Source of the DNA: Alphaproteobacteria bacterium
GTDB taxonomy: Bacteria > Pseudomonadota > Alphaproteobacteria > RF32 > CAG-239
DNA: 64,000 bases
Direction: 5' to 3'
Assembly: GCA_017480745.1 (NCBI GenBank)
Contig: JAFUSA010000025.1
Span: forward strand, 22,122 to 86,121
The position numbers and the translations under genes are program-made. Under the pieces are notes generated by a model that saw only the letters and a list, made by a program, of their open reading frames with translations, was not told where the DNA came from and ran no database searches. This document shows, piece after piece, positions 56,259-64,000 of this stretch (within the stretch, counting starts at the first letter, position 1; every line of letters begins with the position of its first letter).

Positions 56259-57626
56259 ATGGCCGAAGAACAAGTAACAAATAGTGAAGAAAACACCGTA
56301 TCTGCCGATGATGTTTTCAAGCCGTCGCACGTTCAGAAAAGAGCTTGTGAAATTGCCGGTTTAAATTGGGGTGATTATGATAATGCGTCTGATTTGTTAG
56401 CGGCACTTGAAGGTAAGGGATATAAAATTAACGGAAATCAAGTGTTGGATACTTCCGGTGCAGCGGTTGAGACTGTTACTCCACCGGAAAATAGCGGTAA
56501 TGAGGTGTTAACCGTTAACGCCGATAACAATAATGCTCCGGCTGCACAAAACAGTGATGATAAAGATTGGATTCGGCGAAAGGCAGAATATTATAACAGC
56601 ATAAAAGATAGTTTGCAAAATTATCAGCGTGACGAAAGTTTTACCGATGGTTTTTCTGCTACTTTCAACGGAGCAAAGATTACATATACCGCGCCGGATA
56701 ATATTAATGTTTCCAGCAACGCCAAAATAGAGGTGTTTGAAACCATTGTAAAAGATCCTGAAAATGCCGGTAAGAACATTAATTTTGCCGAGATGCCGCA
56801 CGATATGGCTATTCGCTTGGCGGCAGCTTGTGTTTTGAACGGTAAAAAAATGAGCGGAAACATTCCGCAATTTACTCCGGAAGATATAAGTATGTTGCGT
56901 CAGGAGTTAGGGGCCAGATATGCAGAGTTTGAAAGAAGACTTAGACATCGTGAAGAGCCGACAGATCAAAATACAGATGTAGCTCCTAAGCGTAATGAAC
57001 TTTCTACAAAAGAGTTTAGCGATGAAGACAAACAAAAAATATCTCAGGCGCTTGATAATCAGGTAGAAAGTGCCAAGTTAATTCGTGATAAAATATCGTT
57101 TGATAATGATGGTAAGCCAACTTCCGATGATGCCGATGCTTTGGCTCGCTACACTGAATTAGCAAAAAATGACAAAACCGATAAAATGATGCTCGCTAAA
57201 TATTTTTATCAGAATCCGGAAGAATTCAAGGGAATTATTGTCGCTAAGTTGAATGAAGGCGGCGAAAATAATTTAACAGCCGAACAAACGAGAATAGCCG
57301 ATAAAATTGAAGAGCTTAAAAAACGTCGTGATTATCGCGATTCGGCGCCGGCAGGTTCAACAAGCTTTATTGAAGACAGAAAAGCCCGTCAGGCTGAAAT
57401 TGACAGCATCAATAAAGCAAAATTGGGGCTTTCGGCAGAATTTACCGATTCCAAAGGTGTTAAACACTCAAAACTTGATGGTGATGCGTTAGATAGCTTT
57501 ATACAAAAAAGCAAAATTACGGCGCATACTTATGAACGTCTCGGTGGAACAGACGCTGATATTAAAGCCAAGTGTAACACTTTGAATCCTCCGAGCATAG
57601 CCAATACTCACGAACGGACCAACTAA
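56259..57626 (+). CDS. Hypothetical protein (455 aa, charged, no signal peptide)
   Basis: Long ORF preceded by GGAG. No recognisable domain. Confidence 0.5.
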   Translation: MAEEQVTNSEENTVSADDVFKPSHVQKRACEIAGLNWGDYDNASDLLAALEGKGYKINGNQVLDTSGAAVETVTPPENSGNEVLTVNADNNNAPAAQNSDDKDWIRRKAEYYNSIKDSLQNYQRDESFTDGFSATFNGAKITYTAPDNINVSSNAKIEVFETIVKDPENAGKNINFAEMPHDMAIRLAAACVLNGKKMSGNIPQFTPEDISMLRQELGARYAEFERRLRHREEPTDQNTDVAPKRNELSTKEFSDEDKQKISQALDNQVESAKLIRDKISFDNDGKPTSDDADALARYTELAKNDKTDKMMLAKYFYQNPEEFKGIIVAKLNEGGENNLTAEQTRIADKIEELKKRRDYRDSAPAGSTSFIEDRKARQAEIDSINKAKLGLSAEFTDSKGVKHSKLDGDALDSFIQKSKITAHTYERLGGTDADIKAKCNTLNPPSIANTHERTN

Positions 57627-57653
57627 GTTAAGGTAAAGTAAAGGAGAAAAGCC

Positions 57654-58616
57654 ATGGGAAATTTCAGCGGTGATTTTTTAGATTATCTGGCGGCAAAAGG
57701 CGAGGGTAATGATTTTTATTTGGCACAGTCGCCGGATTTAAAAGATGAGGAGATTGCACGCTTAACTGCTAAATATTCATATAAGTATGAAGTTTGGTTG
57801 AGTGTTCCTGGTATAATTCGGCAGAGATACGGTAATGATGTTCCGCAGGAAATTTTAGATGCGGCAGCTCGCGGCGAGGTACAAACATTGCGTGAAATGG
57901 AACAACATCCTGAAATTAAGAGGGTTGAAGATGCTCGAGCTGCTGTGGCAGAAAAATATTCAATGCCGGCTGATATTATTAATGATATGGCCGCTGCGGT
58001 ATTTATTGCCGCAGCCAGCGCCGGTTATTCATTGCATGCGGCGCATGAATTGGCTCAACAACGTCAATTCCGCGAATCTTTGCGTGATAAAGCTCTTAAT
58101 AACACCATGACTGATGAAGAAAAACAAGCATGGCGTGAAAGCAGAATTAAAACAAGAGATATAATCAAAAAAGATTTGATGGAAAATCAGCCGGAAAAAT
58201 ATTTGCTTCACTTGTTAGCAAAATATAACCGTGGGCATATCAGCAAAGATGATTTAATGCCTCAGGTTGCCGATTTGGTTCAGCGAATTGAGACAAACGG
58301 ACGTCAGGATAAATTATTAAATTTGTTGAAAAATCAACGTGTCAGCCGCAGAATGCAACACTTTAAACCAGAAACATTGGATATTTTATCCAGTAGTGTT
58401 TTGGCTAAGGTTCCACAAGATGAGAGGGATAATATTTTGTCGCGTATTCCACGAAAAGCGAAGATTTTTGAAAATATGTCTGATGAGCAGAAAAGCAAGT
58501 TTTTGTCACAAGAGATGCGTCAGGCAAATAGCAATGTTCAACGCACTTTGAGCAGCGACAGTATTCGTGAAAATATGCCTTCGGTAATGCGTCAGCAAAA
58601 CGTTCGCTCAATGTAG
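57654..58616 (+). CDS. Hypothetical protein (320 aa, helical and charged)
   Basis: AAGGAGAA RBS 6 nt upstream. Tightly coupled to the preceding ORF. No recognisable domain. Confidence 0.5.
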   Translation: MGNFSGDFLDYLAAKGEGNDFYLAQSPDLKDEEIARLTAKYSYKYEVWLSVPGIIRQRYGNDVPQEILDAAARGEVQTLREMEQHPEIKRVEDARAAVAEKYSMPADIINDMAAAVFIAAASAGYSLHAAHELAQQRQFRESLRDKALNNTMTDEEKQAWRESRIKTRDIIKKDLMENQPEKYLLHLLAKYNRGHISKDDLMPQVADLVQRIETNGRQDKLLNLLKNQRVSRRMQHFKPETLDILSSSVLAKVPQDERDNILSRIPRKAKIFENMSDEQKSKFLSQEMRQANSNVQRTLSSDSIRENMPSVMRQQNVRSM

Positions 58617-58639
58617 AATATTTGTTCAATTTAATATCG

Positions 58640-58663
58640 GCTCCGCTGTTTAAGGCGGAGCCG
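58640..58663 (+). repeat. 24-nt hairpin-containing direct repeat, copy A (terminator of the upstream operon)
   Basis: GCTCCGCTGTTTAAGGCGGAGCCG is identical to 59628-59651. It contains the GCTCCGC/GCGGAGC stem. Confidence 0.85.
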
Positions 58664-58693
58664 GTGTTGCTTTTTGTGTTTTTTTAAAAGTAT

Positions 58694-58940
58694 TTGACTT
58701 TAAAAAAAATATATGATAATACAAGAATAAGATGAGGTGAAAATCATCTGGGGTCTGAAAACCTCTCAATTTGCGTCAGTAAAAGACGTTAAAATCGTTT
58801 CCGACTAAGGTTGGAAGGTGGGTGAATAAGAGAAATTAAATAACTCACACTATTCAAATTGATAGTTTTCAGCTTCCAGCCGTCTTATCTGGCGGCAATT
58901 TTGGTATTAAAACAACTAATTTAATGAAAGGAAGTTTACT
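58694..58940 (+). promoter_or_regulatory. Promoter plus conserved structured 5' leader of paralog 7
   Basis: TTGACT 58694-58699 and TGaTAATAC around 58714-58722. Hairpins are AGATGA/TCATCT, GGGGT/ACCTC, CGTC/GACG, TTCCGAC/GTTGGAA, distal CTTCCAGC and GCCGTC-ttatct-GGCGGC (58879-58896), followed by AAAGGAAGTTTACT-ATG. Confidence 0.7.
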
Positions 58941-59606
58941 ATGAGAAACTTTGAAATAAAAAATAATGATTCTCTCTCCCGCAAAGGACGAGGGAGCCAG
59001 ACTGGTCGTTCAATGATAGAAATGTTGGGCGTTCTTGCTATCATTGGTGTTTTGAGTGTTGGTGGAATTGCCGGATATTCAAAGGCAATGATGAAATATC
59101 GCATCAATAAAACCATTGAGCAAATAACACTAATTGCCGGTAATGTGCGTGCCTTTTGGGGACCACAGAAGAATTATATCGGGGTGAGTTGTTCTGGATA
59201 TAATTGCAAAGCCTCCGGTTGCTCTGGGCAATCTTCCGGTGATGGCTGCCCTATACATAAAAAAGCCAAAATATTCCCTGATGAAATGATTACTGTAACT
59301 AATGGTAAGATTATGTCTATTACCAATCCTTTTGGTGGAGAGGTTAATTTATATTCAGTAGTGAAATCTCAAAGCGGTGATATGCAGGCGTTTGTAATGG
59401 AATCCCTATTACCTCAAGAAGCATGTATTGAGTTAGCAACTCATGATTGGAGTAGTGCCGGAGTTAACGCAATCTCTATTAATGGTCCTGTACCATTAAT
59501 AACACCGCCAGTAGATTTAAATTTCGCCACAGATAATTGCTTTGATGGTTATAACGAGATACGTTTACATTTTGGTATAGATGTCAATTCTAATTTTTGG
59601 AAATAA
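58941..59606 (+). CDS. Prepilin-like protein, paralog 7 of 7 (22-aa leader peptide, Cys-rich C-terminal class)
   Basis: MRNFEIKNNDSLSRKGRGSQTG|RSMIEMLGVLAIIGVLSVGGIAGYSKAMMKYRINKTIEQITLIAGNVRAFW. Motifs KKAKIFPDEMITVTNGKIMSITNPFGG and QEACIELATHDW are present. Confidence 0.78.
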   Translation: MRNFEIKNNDSLSRKGRGSQTGRSMIEMLGVLAIIGVLSVGGIAGYSKAMMKYRINKTIEQITLIAGNVRAFWGPQKNYIGVSCSGYNCKASGCSGQSSGDGCPIHKKAKIFPDEMITVTNGKIMSITNPFGGEVNLYSVVKSQSGDMQAFVMESLLPQEACIELATHDWSSAGVNAISINGPVPLITPPVDLNFATDNCFDGYNEIRLHFGIDVNSNFWK

Positions 59607-59627
59607 CGTTTTTAAACAAATCACCAA

Positions 59628-59651
59628 GCTCCGCTGTTTAAGGCGGAGCCG
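59628..59651 (+). repeat. 24-nt hairpin-containing direct repeat, copy B (terminator of paralog 7)
   Basis: GCTCCGCTGTTTAAGGCGGAGCCG is identical to 58640-58663. Confidence 0.85.
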
Positions 59652-59669
59652 ATGAATATTTGTCGTTAA

Positions 59670-60107
59670 TTATTTTTCCAAAAAGTTCAACACCTCGTCA
59701 ACGTGACCGTTGACTTTAACTTTGCGCCATTCTTTAATAACTTCACCCTGAGAGTTTAAAACAAAAGTTGAGCGTTCTATACCCATATATTTACGACCAT
59801 ACATGGATTTTTCTTTCCATACACTGTATTGCTCTGCCAACTTATGTTCAACATCGGCAACCAAAATAAAATTTAAGCCTTGTTTTTGCTGAAATTTTTG
59901 GTGACTGACAATGTTATCAGGGCTAACTCCGACAACTTCTGCATATTGCAATAAGCGATTCATATTGTCCCTAAAATCGCAAGCTTCCTTGGTGCACCCC
60001 GAGGTGTTGTCTTTGGGATAAAAATACAATATTGTAAGCTCTTTGCTCCGGATTTCAGTATTATATTCCATAACGTTGCCGTTTTTATCAACTGCCTGCA
60101 AAATCAT
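59670..60107 (-). CDS. bcp: Thiol peroxidase Bcp (peroxiredoxin)
   Basis: LTILYFYPKDNTSGCTKEACDFRD is the Bcp active-site motif. 145 aa. Confidence 0.85.
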   Translation of the reverse strand: MILQAVDKNGNVMEYNTEIRSKELTILYFYPKDNTSGCTKEACDFRDNMNRLLQYAEVVGVSPDNIVSHQKFQQKQGLNFILVADVEHKLAEQYSVWKEKSMYGRKYMGIERSTFVLNSQGEVIKEWRKVKVNGHVDEVLNFLEK

Positions 60108-60123
60108 TTATCCCTCGCTTAAA

Positions 60124-60720
60124 TTATTTTAACTTGGCCTTCAAATCTTTAATCAGTCCGTCAATACCGTTTGGAGATTTTTGAATATATGATGTATATT
60201 CGCTACGCGCGGTTTGTGCCAAACTCACATTTTCAATAATAATATCAACTATCCGCAATTTGCCGTTGGTTTCTTTAACTCGCCATTTTACGGATGCTGG
60301 CGCACCTTCCTGCATTGGAACCTGAGTATTAACAAAAATCTGGTCAGCTGATTTTGATTTTTCTGTGCCGGTAAATTCAAAATGTTTGCCTTTAAACTCA
60401 TTAAAGCGCTCAGACCATGTTTGAATGTTTAATTTGCGATATACATCAATAAATTCTTTGCGTTGCTTGGAGTTAGCAGTTCGCCAGTAACGTCCCAAAA
60501 CAAATTTTCCGATAAAATCTAAATCTAAATCTTCGTTAAAAAGCTTAGTAAATTTTTCCTGCTTTTCTTGTTCCGAAGCATTGGAGTTTATTAATTCTTC
60601 AATGCCGGTATTAGTAACGTTTTTAATGAAATTTTCGGCTTTTTTCCCGTCTATTGCGGCATTTGCCTCAAAGCTTATCGACATCACAAAAGTCAGTAAT
60701 AATGTGATAAATTTATACAT
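60124..60720 (-). CDS. mlaC: MlaC/Ttg2D-family phospholipid-binding periplasmic protein
   Basis: Signal peptide, then ...LDLDFIGKFVLGRYWRTANSKQRKEFIDVY..., the typical MlaC motif. It is adjacent to mlaA. Confidence 0.7.
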   Translation of the reverse strand: MYKFITLLLTFVMSISFEANAAIDGKKAENFIKNVTNTGIEELINSNASEQEKQEKFTKLFNEDLDLDFIGKFVLGRYWRTANSKQRKEFIDVYRKLNIQTWSERFNEFKGKHFEFTGTEKSKSADQIFVNTQVPMQEGAPASVKWRVKETNGKLRIVDIIIENVSLAQTARSEYTSYIQKSPNGIDGLIKDLKAKLK

Positions 60721-60741
60721 AGTTTTAAGTCCTCATAAAAT

Positions 60742-61512
60742 TTATTCTACAAATTCTTCGTCGTCAAAATCAAAATCATAGCTTGCGCTTTCTTCTTCTG
60801 CCGGCTTTCCGCAAATTTTCATTTTCATCCGATTTTGGATATATGCCGACTTAATTGTGGTATAAGGATCAACCGAATTGGCGGTTAATTTATCCAAAAA
60901 TTCAATATTTTCTTCTCGCAAACTAACAAAACCCAACGCGCTTATACCATAATAAAAACTGTATTCTTCCCAATCGTGGTTAAAGTTGGTGTAATAATCT
61001 CCCCAATAAAGCGGATTTGCCGCGGCATCTCCGGCCATACCAACGGTTGCTCGCGGTGTGCTCGGGCCAAAAAACGGCAACATAACAAAAGGTCCGTCCG
61101 GCACGCACCAAGCCGCCAAAGTTTCATCAAAACCGGTTCTGTTTTTGTTTATTCCCCAACCGGAAGCGACATCAAAGGTGCCTAACAACCCAAGAGTGGT
61201 GTTTACGGTAAAACGTCCTAATGATTTAGCAGACTCGGCAAACTCGCCTTGTAATGAATGGTTTATGGTTGAAGCCGGTTCTTTGAGGTTGTTAAAAAAA
61301 TTATGCACTCTCTCTCGCACAAATTCATTTGTAATGGCACGATATCCCTTTGCTAACGGTTTAACTATATAATAATCAACAGTTGAGTTAAAGTTAAACA
61401 TTGCGCGGTTATATGTTTCAAGTGCTCCATCATTTTCTTCGGCTCTGAGCGGGGCGGAAAAAAATGTTGTCAGCGCAAATAAAAATATTCCGAATTTTAT
61501 TTTATTTTTCAT
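60742..61512 (-). CDS. mlaA: MlaA/VacJ-family outer membrane lipoprotein
   Basis: The ATG at 61512 follows GAGGA (the track start at 61668 is an upstream extension). YNRAMFNFNSTVDYYIVKPLAKGYRAI...NFFNNLKEP...TTLGLLGTFDVAS...FVMLPFFGPSTPR. Confidence 0.85.
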   Translation of the reverse strand: MKNKIKFGIFLFALTTFFSAPLRAEENDGALETYNRAMFNFNSTVDYYIVKPLAKGYRAITNEFVRERVHNFFNNLKEPASTINHSLQGEFAESAKSLGRFTVNTTLGLLGTFDVASGWGINKNRTGFDETLAAWCVPDGPFVMLPFFGPSTPRATVGMAGDAAANPLYWGDYYTNFNHDWEEYSFYYGISALGFVSLREENIEFLDKLTANSVDPYTTIKSAYIQNRMKMKICGKPAEEESASYDFDFDDEEFVE

Positions 61513-61688
61513 TTTTAATATCCTCATCGTGTAGACAATATAAAAACGAAAGTGCAATAAATCAACTAAAAAATTGCACAAATCCGAATATTTTTTAGTC
61601 TGCATTGAGCAAAAATGTAAAAAATGAAAATATTGCTTGCTTTTTACAAATAAAAAACTTACAATCAATCCAAAAGAAGGGATATCCG

Positions 61689-62084
61689 ATGAAAAAGTTT
61701 TTTTGTTTTTATTGTCAGGAAGAAGTTGAGCCTAAACAAATATTGCGCTGGCGTTTTTGTCCGCATTGCAAGCGCCCGATGAGTGATGAAGGGGAAGGGT
61801 TTTATATTGTTTGCGATAATTGCGGGGCGAACATGCCTCCATTGGCGGAAAATTGCCTGAAATGCGGACACGGTTTCCGCGGAGCAAGCGATATCAGTGT
61901 AGAAAAACGTGCATGGGACAGGGCTTATTTATTGGAATGGTTGGCAAAAATAGGTTTGTTTATTGTCGGAGTTATATTGTGCATAGGTTTTATACACTTT
62001 ATGGTTTATTTGCTTTTGGCAATAGCTTTACTTTCTGCTGTATTTTTCTTTTATGATTTGTTTTTTGATAAAAATAAATATTAA
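61689..62084 (+). CDS. Double zinc-ribbon protein with a C-terminal membrane anchor (hypothetical)
   Basis: Four CxxC pairs (CFYCQ..CPHCK..CDNCG..CLKCG) followed by the hydrophobic stretch IGLFIVGVILCIGFIHFMVYLLLAIALLSAVFFFY. The ATG at 61689 was chosen. Confidence 0.5.
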   Translation: MKKFFCFYCQEEVEPKQILRWRFCPHCKRPMSDEGEGFYIVCDNCGANMPPLAENCLKCGHGFRGASDISVEKRAWDRAYLLEWLAKIGLFIVGVILCIGFIHFMVYLLLAIALLSAVFFFYDLFFDKNKY

Positions 62085-62144
62085 TATGTGCAAATTTTTT
62101 GCAAAAAGTGTAACTATAAGAAAAATCTGAAAAAAGGTAAGAAT

Positions 62145-62975
62145 ATGTGTTATAAACATACTGATACAGACTATAAATTATTGCAACAGCAATATAAAAA
62201 TGGTTTGGAAATTGTAAAAAAAGACGATTTTTTTAAGAAATATACCGAAGAAAAATGGCGTCATTCAATGCAGGTTGCCGGTGCCGGAAACTATATTATC
62301 AAACGTATAAAATGGTTGCAAAATAAGGATGAAAAATATATCCGTATGGTGAAAAGTGCGGTTTTACTACATGATGTTTGTCGGTTTACGGAAATTGTTT
62401 ATAAATTAAAGCAAAAAGGCAAGTATGATCACGGTGTCGGAGCCTCCGAACTGCTGAGAAATATGCCGCAGTTTTGTGATATTCGGATATGGCTGCCAAT
62501 AAAACACCATGGGCATATTATTGAAAAATTGTATGAAGATGAGGAATATCAGCAAATAGAAGATGATAAATTGCGCGATGAAGTCAAAAAAATTTGCTTC
62601 ATTATTCGTGATGCCGATAAAATAGCCAATTTAAATATGATGATACGTGAAAAAAATGTGTTGCCATTGTTTTTGGGAAAGGAAAATTTTGTGCCGGAAG
62701 TTGATGGGATAGTTTCTGAAATGGTGCGACAAACTGCGTTTAGCGGAACCACAACTCCTCGCTCGGAAGATTCCGGAGTGGCTGACAGAATGATAGGTTA
62801 TTTATCGTGGTTTACGGATATAAATTATCGCTATTCTATTGAATATTGTCAAAAATTAGGAGTTATTCAGGCTATGTTGCGAATGCTTGATGAATATTGT
62901 ATTGACCAAGCATTCAAAACGAGATTCAAACAATATATTAGTGATTTTATAAACACGCACGAATATTTAGAATAA
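62145..62975 (+). CDS. HD-domain phosphohydrolase-like protein
   Basis: HSMQVAGAG...LLHDVCRF...HHGH...IIRDADKIANL are the HD superfamily motifs. The start is uncertain (ATG 62145 or GTG 62088). Confidence 0.6.
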   Translation: MCYKHTDTDYKLLQQQYKNGLEIVKKDDFFKKYTEEKWRHSMQVAGAGNYIIKRIKWLQNKDEKYIRMVKSAVLLHDVCRFTEIVYKLKQKGKYDHGVGASELLRNMPQFCDIRIWLPIKHHGHIIEKLYEDEEYQQIEDDKLRDEVKKICFIIRDADKIANLNMMIREKNVLPLFLGKENFVPEVDGIVSEMVRQTAFSGTTTPRSEDSGVADRMIGYLSWFTDINYRYSIEYCQKLGVIQAMLRMLDEYCIDQAFKTRFKQYISDFINTHEYLE

Positions 62976-63007
62976 GAGTAGTTATAGTTAAATAAATGTT
63001 TTTTGTT

Positions 63008-64000
63008 TTAATCAACGGGACCGTTTTCTTTCAGGTGTTGTTTAATCTCTCCTAATTTCCAGCGCAGGCGGTCCCTACTGAATTTGCGAATGTAGTAATA
63101 GTAGCCGCAAACTACGAACATACCAGCCAAAACCCACGAAATCGGACTGGCATACAATATACCTTCATAGCCTAACAGATTAGCCAAATAAATGGCGGCA
63201 AAGGCCCGAGTACATAGTTCTAAAATGCTGGAAATAAGCGGAACTATCGGTTTGCCCATTCCTTGCACTGTATTGCGAAAAACAAATATCAATCCAAGGA
63301 AAAAATAGAAAAAAGTACTTATAACCAAATATTGCTCGCCAATATCTATAATCAACGGTATATTGTTGGCCGAATTATCACCGGTATCAATAAACATGGC
63401 AATCATGGACGAGCCAATTTTCCTTATCAACAGAAATCCGGCAAAACTTATGCTTGTGGTAATAAAAAATGCATAACGCACGCCGCGGCGGATTCGAGAA
63501 AGTAAGTTAGCTCCCCAATTTTGTGCCGAAAAAGTGGCCATTGCCAAACCTATGGCAAGCAGTGGCTGTGTAACAAATTGCTCAATACGAAATGCGGCGG
63601 CAAATGCGGCAATTACATCAGCACCAAAAGAGTTGCAAACACTTTGCACAATCATTATACTGAAAGACAGAATGGAAAATTGCAAAGCCATAGGAAAAGC
63701 AATTTGCAAGTGTTCACGCATAATCGCTGCATTGTAGTGCATATATTTGGGAGATAACCTCAATAACGGAAATTTGCGCCACATATATATAAAACAGGTT
63801 ATGACGGCGATGCTGTTGGCCGCAAAAGTGCCACATGCCGAGCCAGCGACTCCCCAATGAAAATTATTGATAAAAATAAAATTCAGGATAATATTTATCA
63901 GTGATGAAAAAATCAGAAAATAAAGAGGTGTTTTACTGTCGCCTAAGGCTCGAATCAGGCCGGACAGTAAATTATATATCACAATCATTACCGAACTCAG
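63008..64000 (-). CDS. MATE-family multidrug efflux transporter. Only the C-terminal ~330 aa are present; the gene continues past the window end.
   Basis: ...LIRALGDSKTPLYFLIFSSLINIILNFIFI... plus repeated TM helices. The reading frame stays open upstream of 63988 to the window edge. Confidence 0.75.
   Translation of the reverse strand: MSSVMIVIYNLLSGLIRALGDSKTPLYFLIFSSLINIILNFIFINNFHWGVAGSACGTFAANSIAVITCFIYMWRKFPLLRLSPKYMHYNAAIMREHLQIAFPMALQFSILSFSIMIVQSVCNSFGADVIAAFAAAFRIEQFVTQPLLAIGLAMATFSAQNWGANLLSRIRRGVRYAFFITTSISFAGFLLIRKIGSSMIAMFIDTGDNSANNIPLIIDIGEQYLVISTFFYFFLGLIFVFRNTVQGMGKPIVPLISSILELCTRAFAAIYLANLLGYEGILYASPISWVLAGMFVVCGYYYYIRKFSRDRLRWKLGEIKQHLKENGPVD

Overview
This is a low-GC bacterial chromosomal segment; spot hand counts give about 38% G+C in ordinary coding lines. 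Most of it is core housekeeping: a partial parE, rimP-nusA-ylxR/L7Ae-infB-rbfA, clpP-clpX, glgP, cca, ymdB, bcp, mlaA/mlaC, tRNA-fMet and tRNA-Ser. It also carries envelope and efflux genes: a 1550-aa autotransporter, TolC, an RND pump with adaptor, a MATE pump, a CDF transporter and an EptA-like transferase. A CtrA-type response regulator, an alpha-type ParE N-terminus and a stand-alone HydG suggest an anaerobic alphaproteobacterium-like organism; this is inference only. The standout feature is a dispersed family of seven monocistronic prepilin-like genes, starting at 2423, 12469(-), 18770, 24816(-), 30307, 50954(-) and 58941. Their strands alternate strictly. Each has its own TTGACT-N16-TGnTATAGT-type promoter and a leader of about 200 nt with several hairpins. 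The leader helices are maintained by compensatory substitutions. Four mutually complementary segments (two anti-SD-like, one SD mimic and the real SD) change in concert between copies, and the leader ends in a terminator-like hairpin. I read this as a candidate novel cis-regulatory RNA (riboswitch or attenuator) controlling an atypical pilin or pseudopilin family. All seven have Arg at +1, and their leader peptides are unusually long (9 to 58 aa) and modular. No pilus assembly genes are present in the window. Secondary points are listed below.
- A compositionally foreign islet of about 2.5 kb lies upstream of tRNA-Ser.
- An intact terminase large subunit has no other phage structural genes nearby.
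- A GATase1/C26-like protein has Asp in place of the nucleophile Cys.
- An in-frame block of about 90 nt is shared by two of the pilin leader peptides.
- An identical 24-nt hairpin brackets pilin copy 7.
I saw no CRISPR array, rRNA, integrase or complete IS element.
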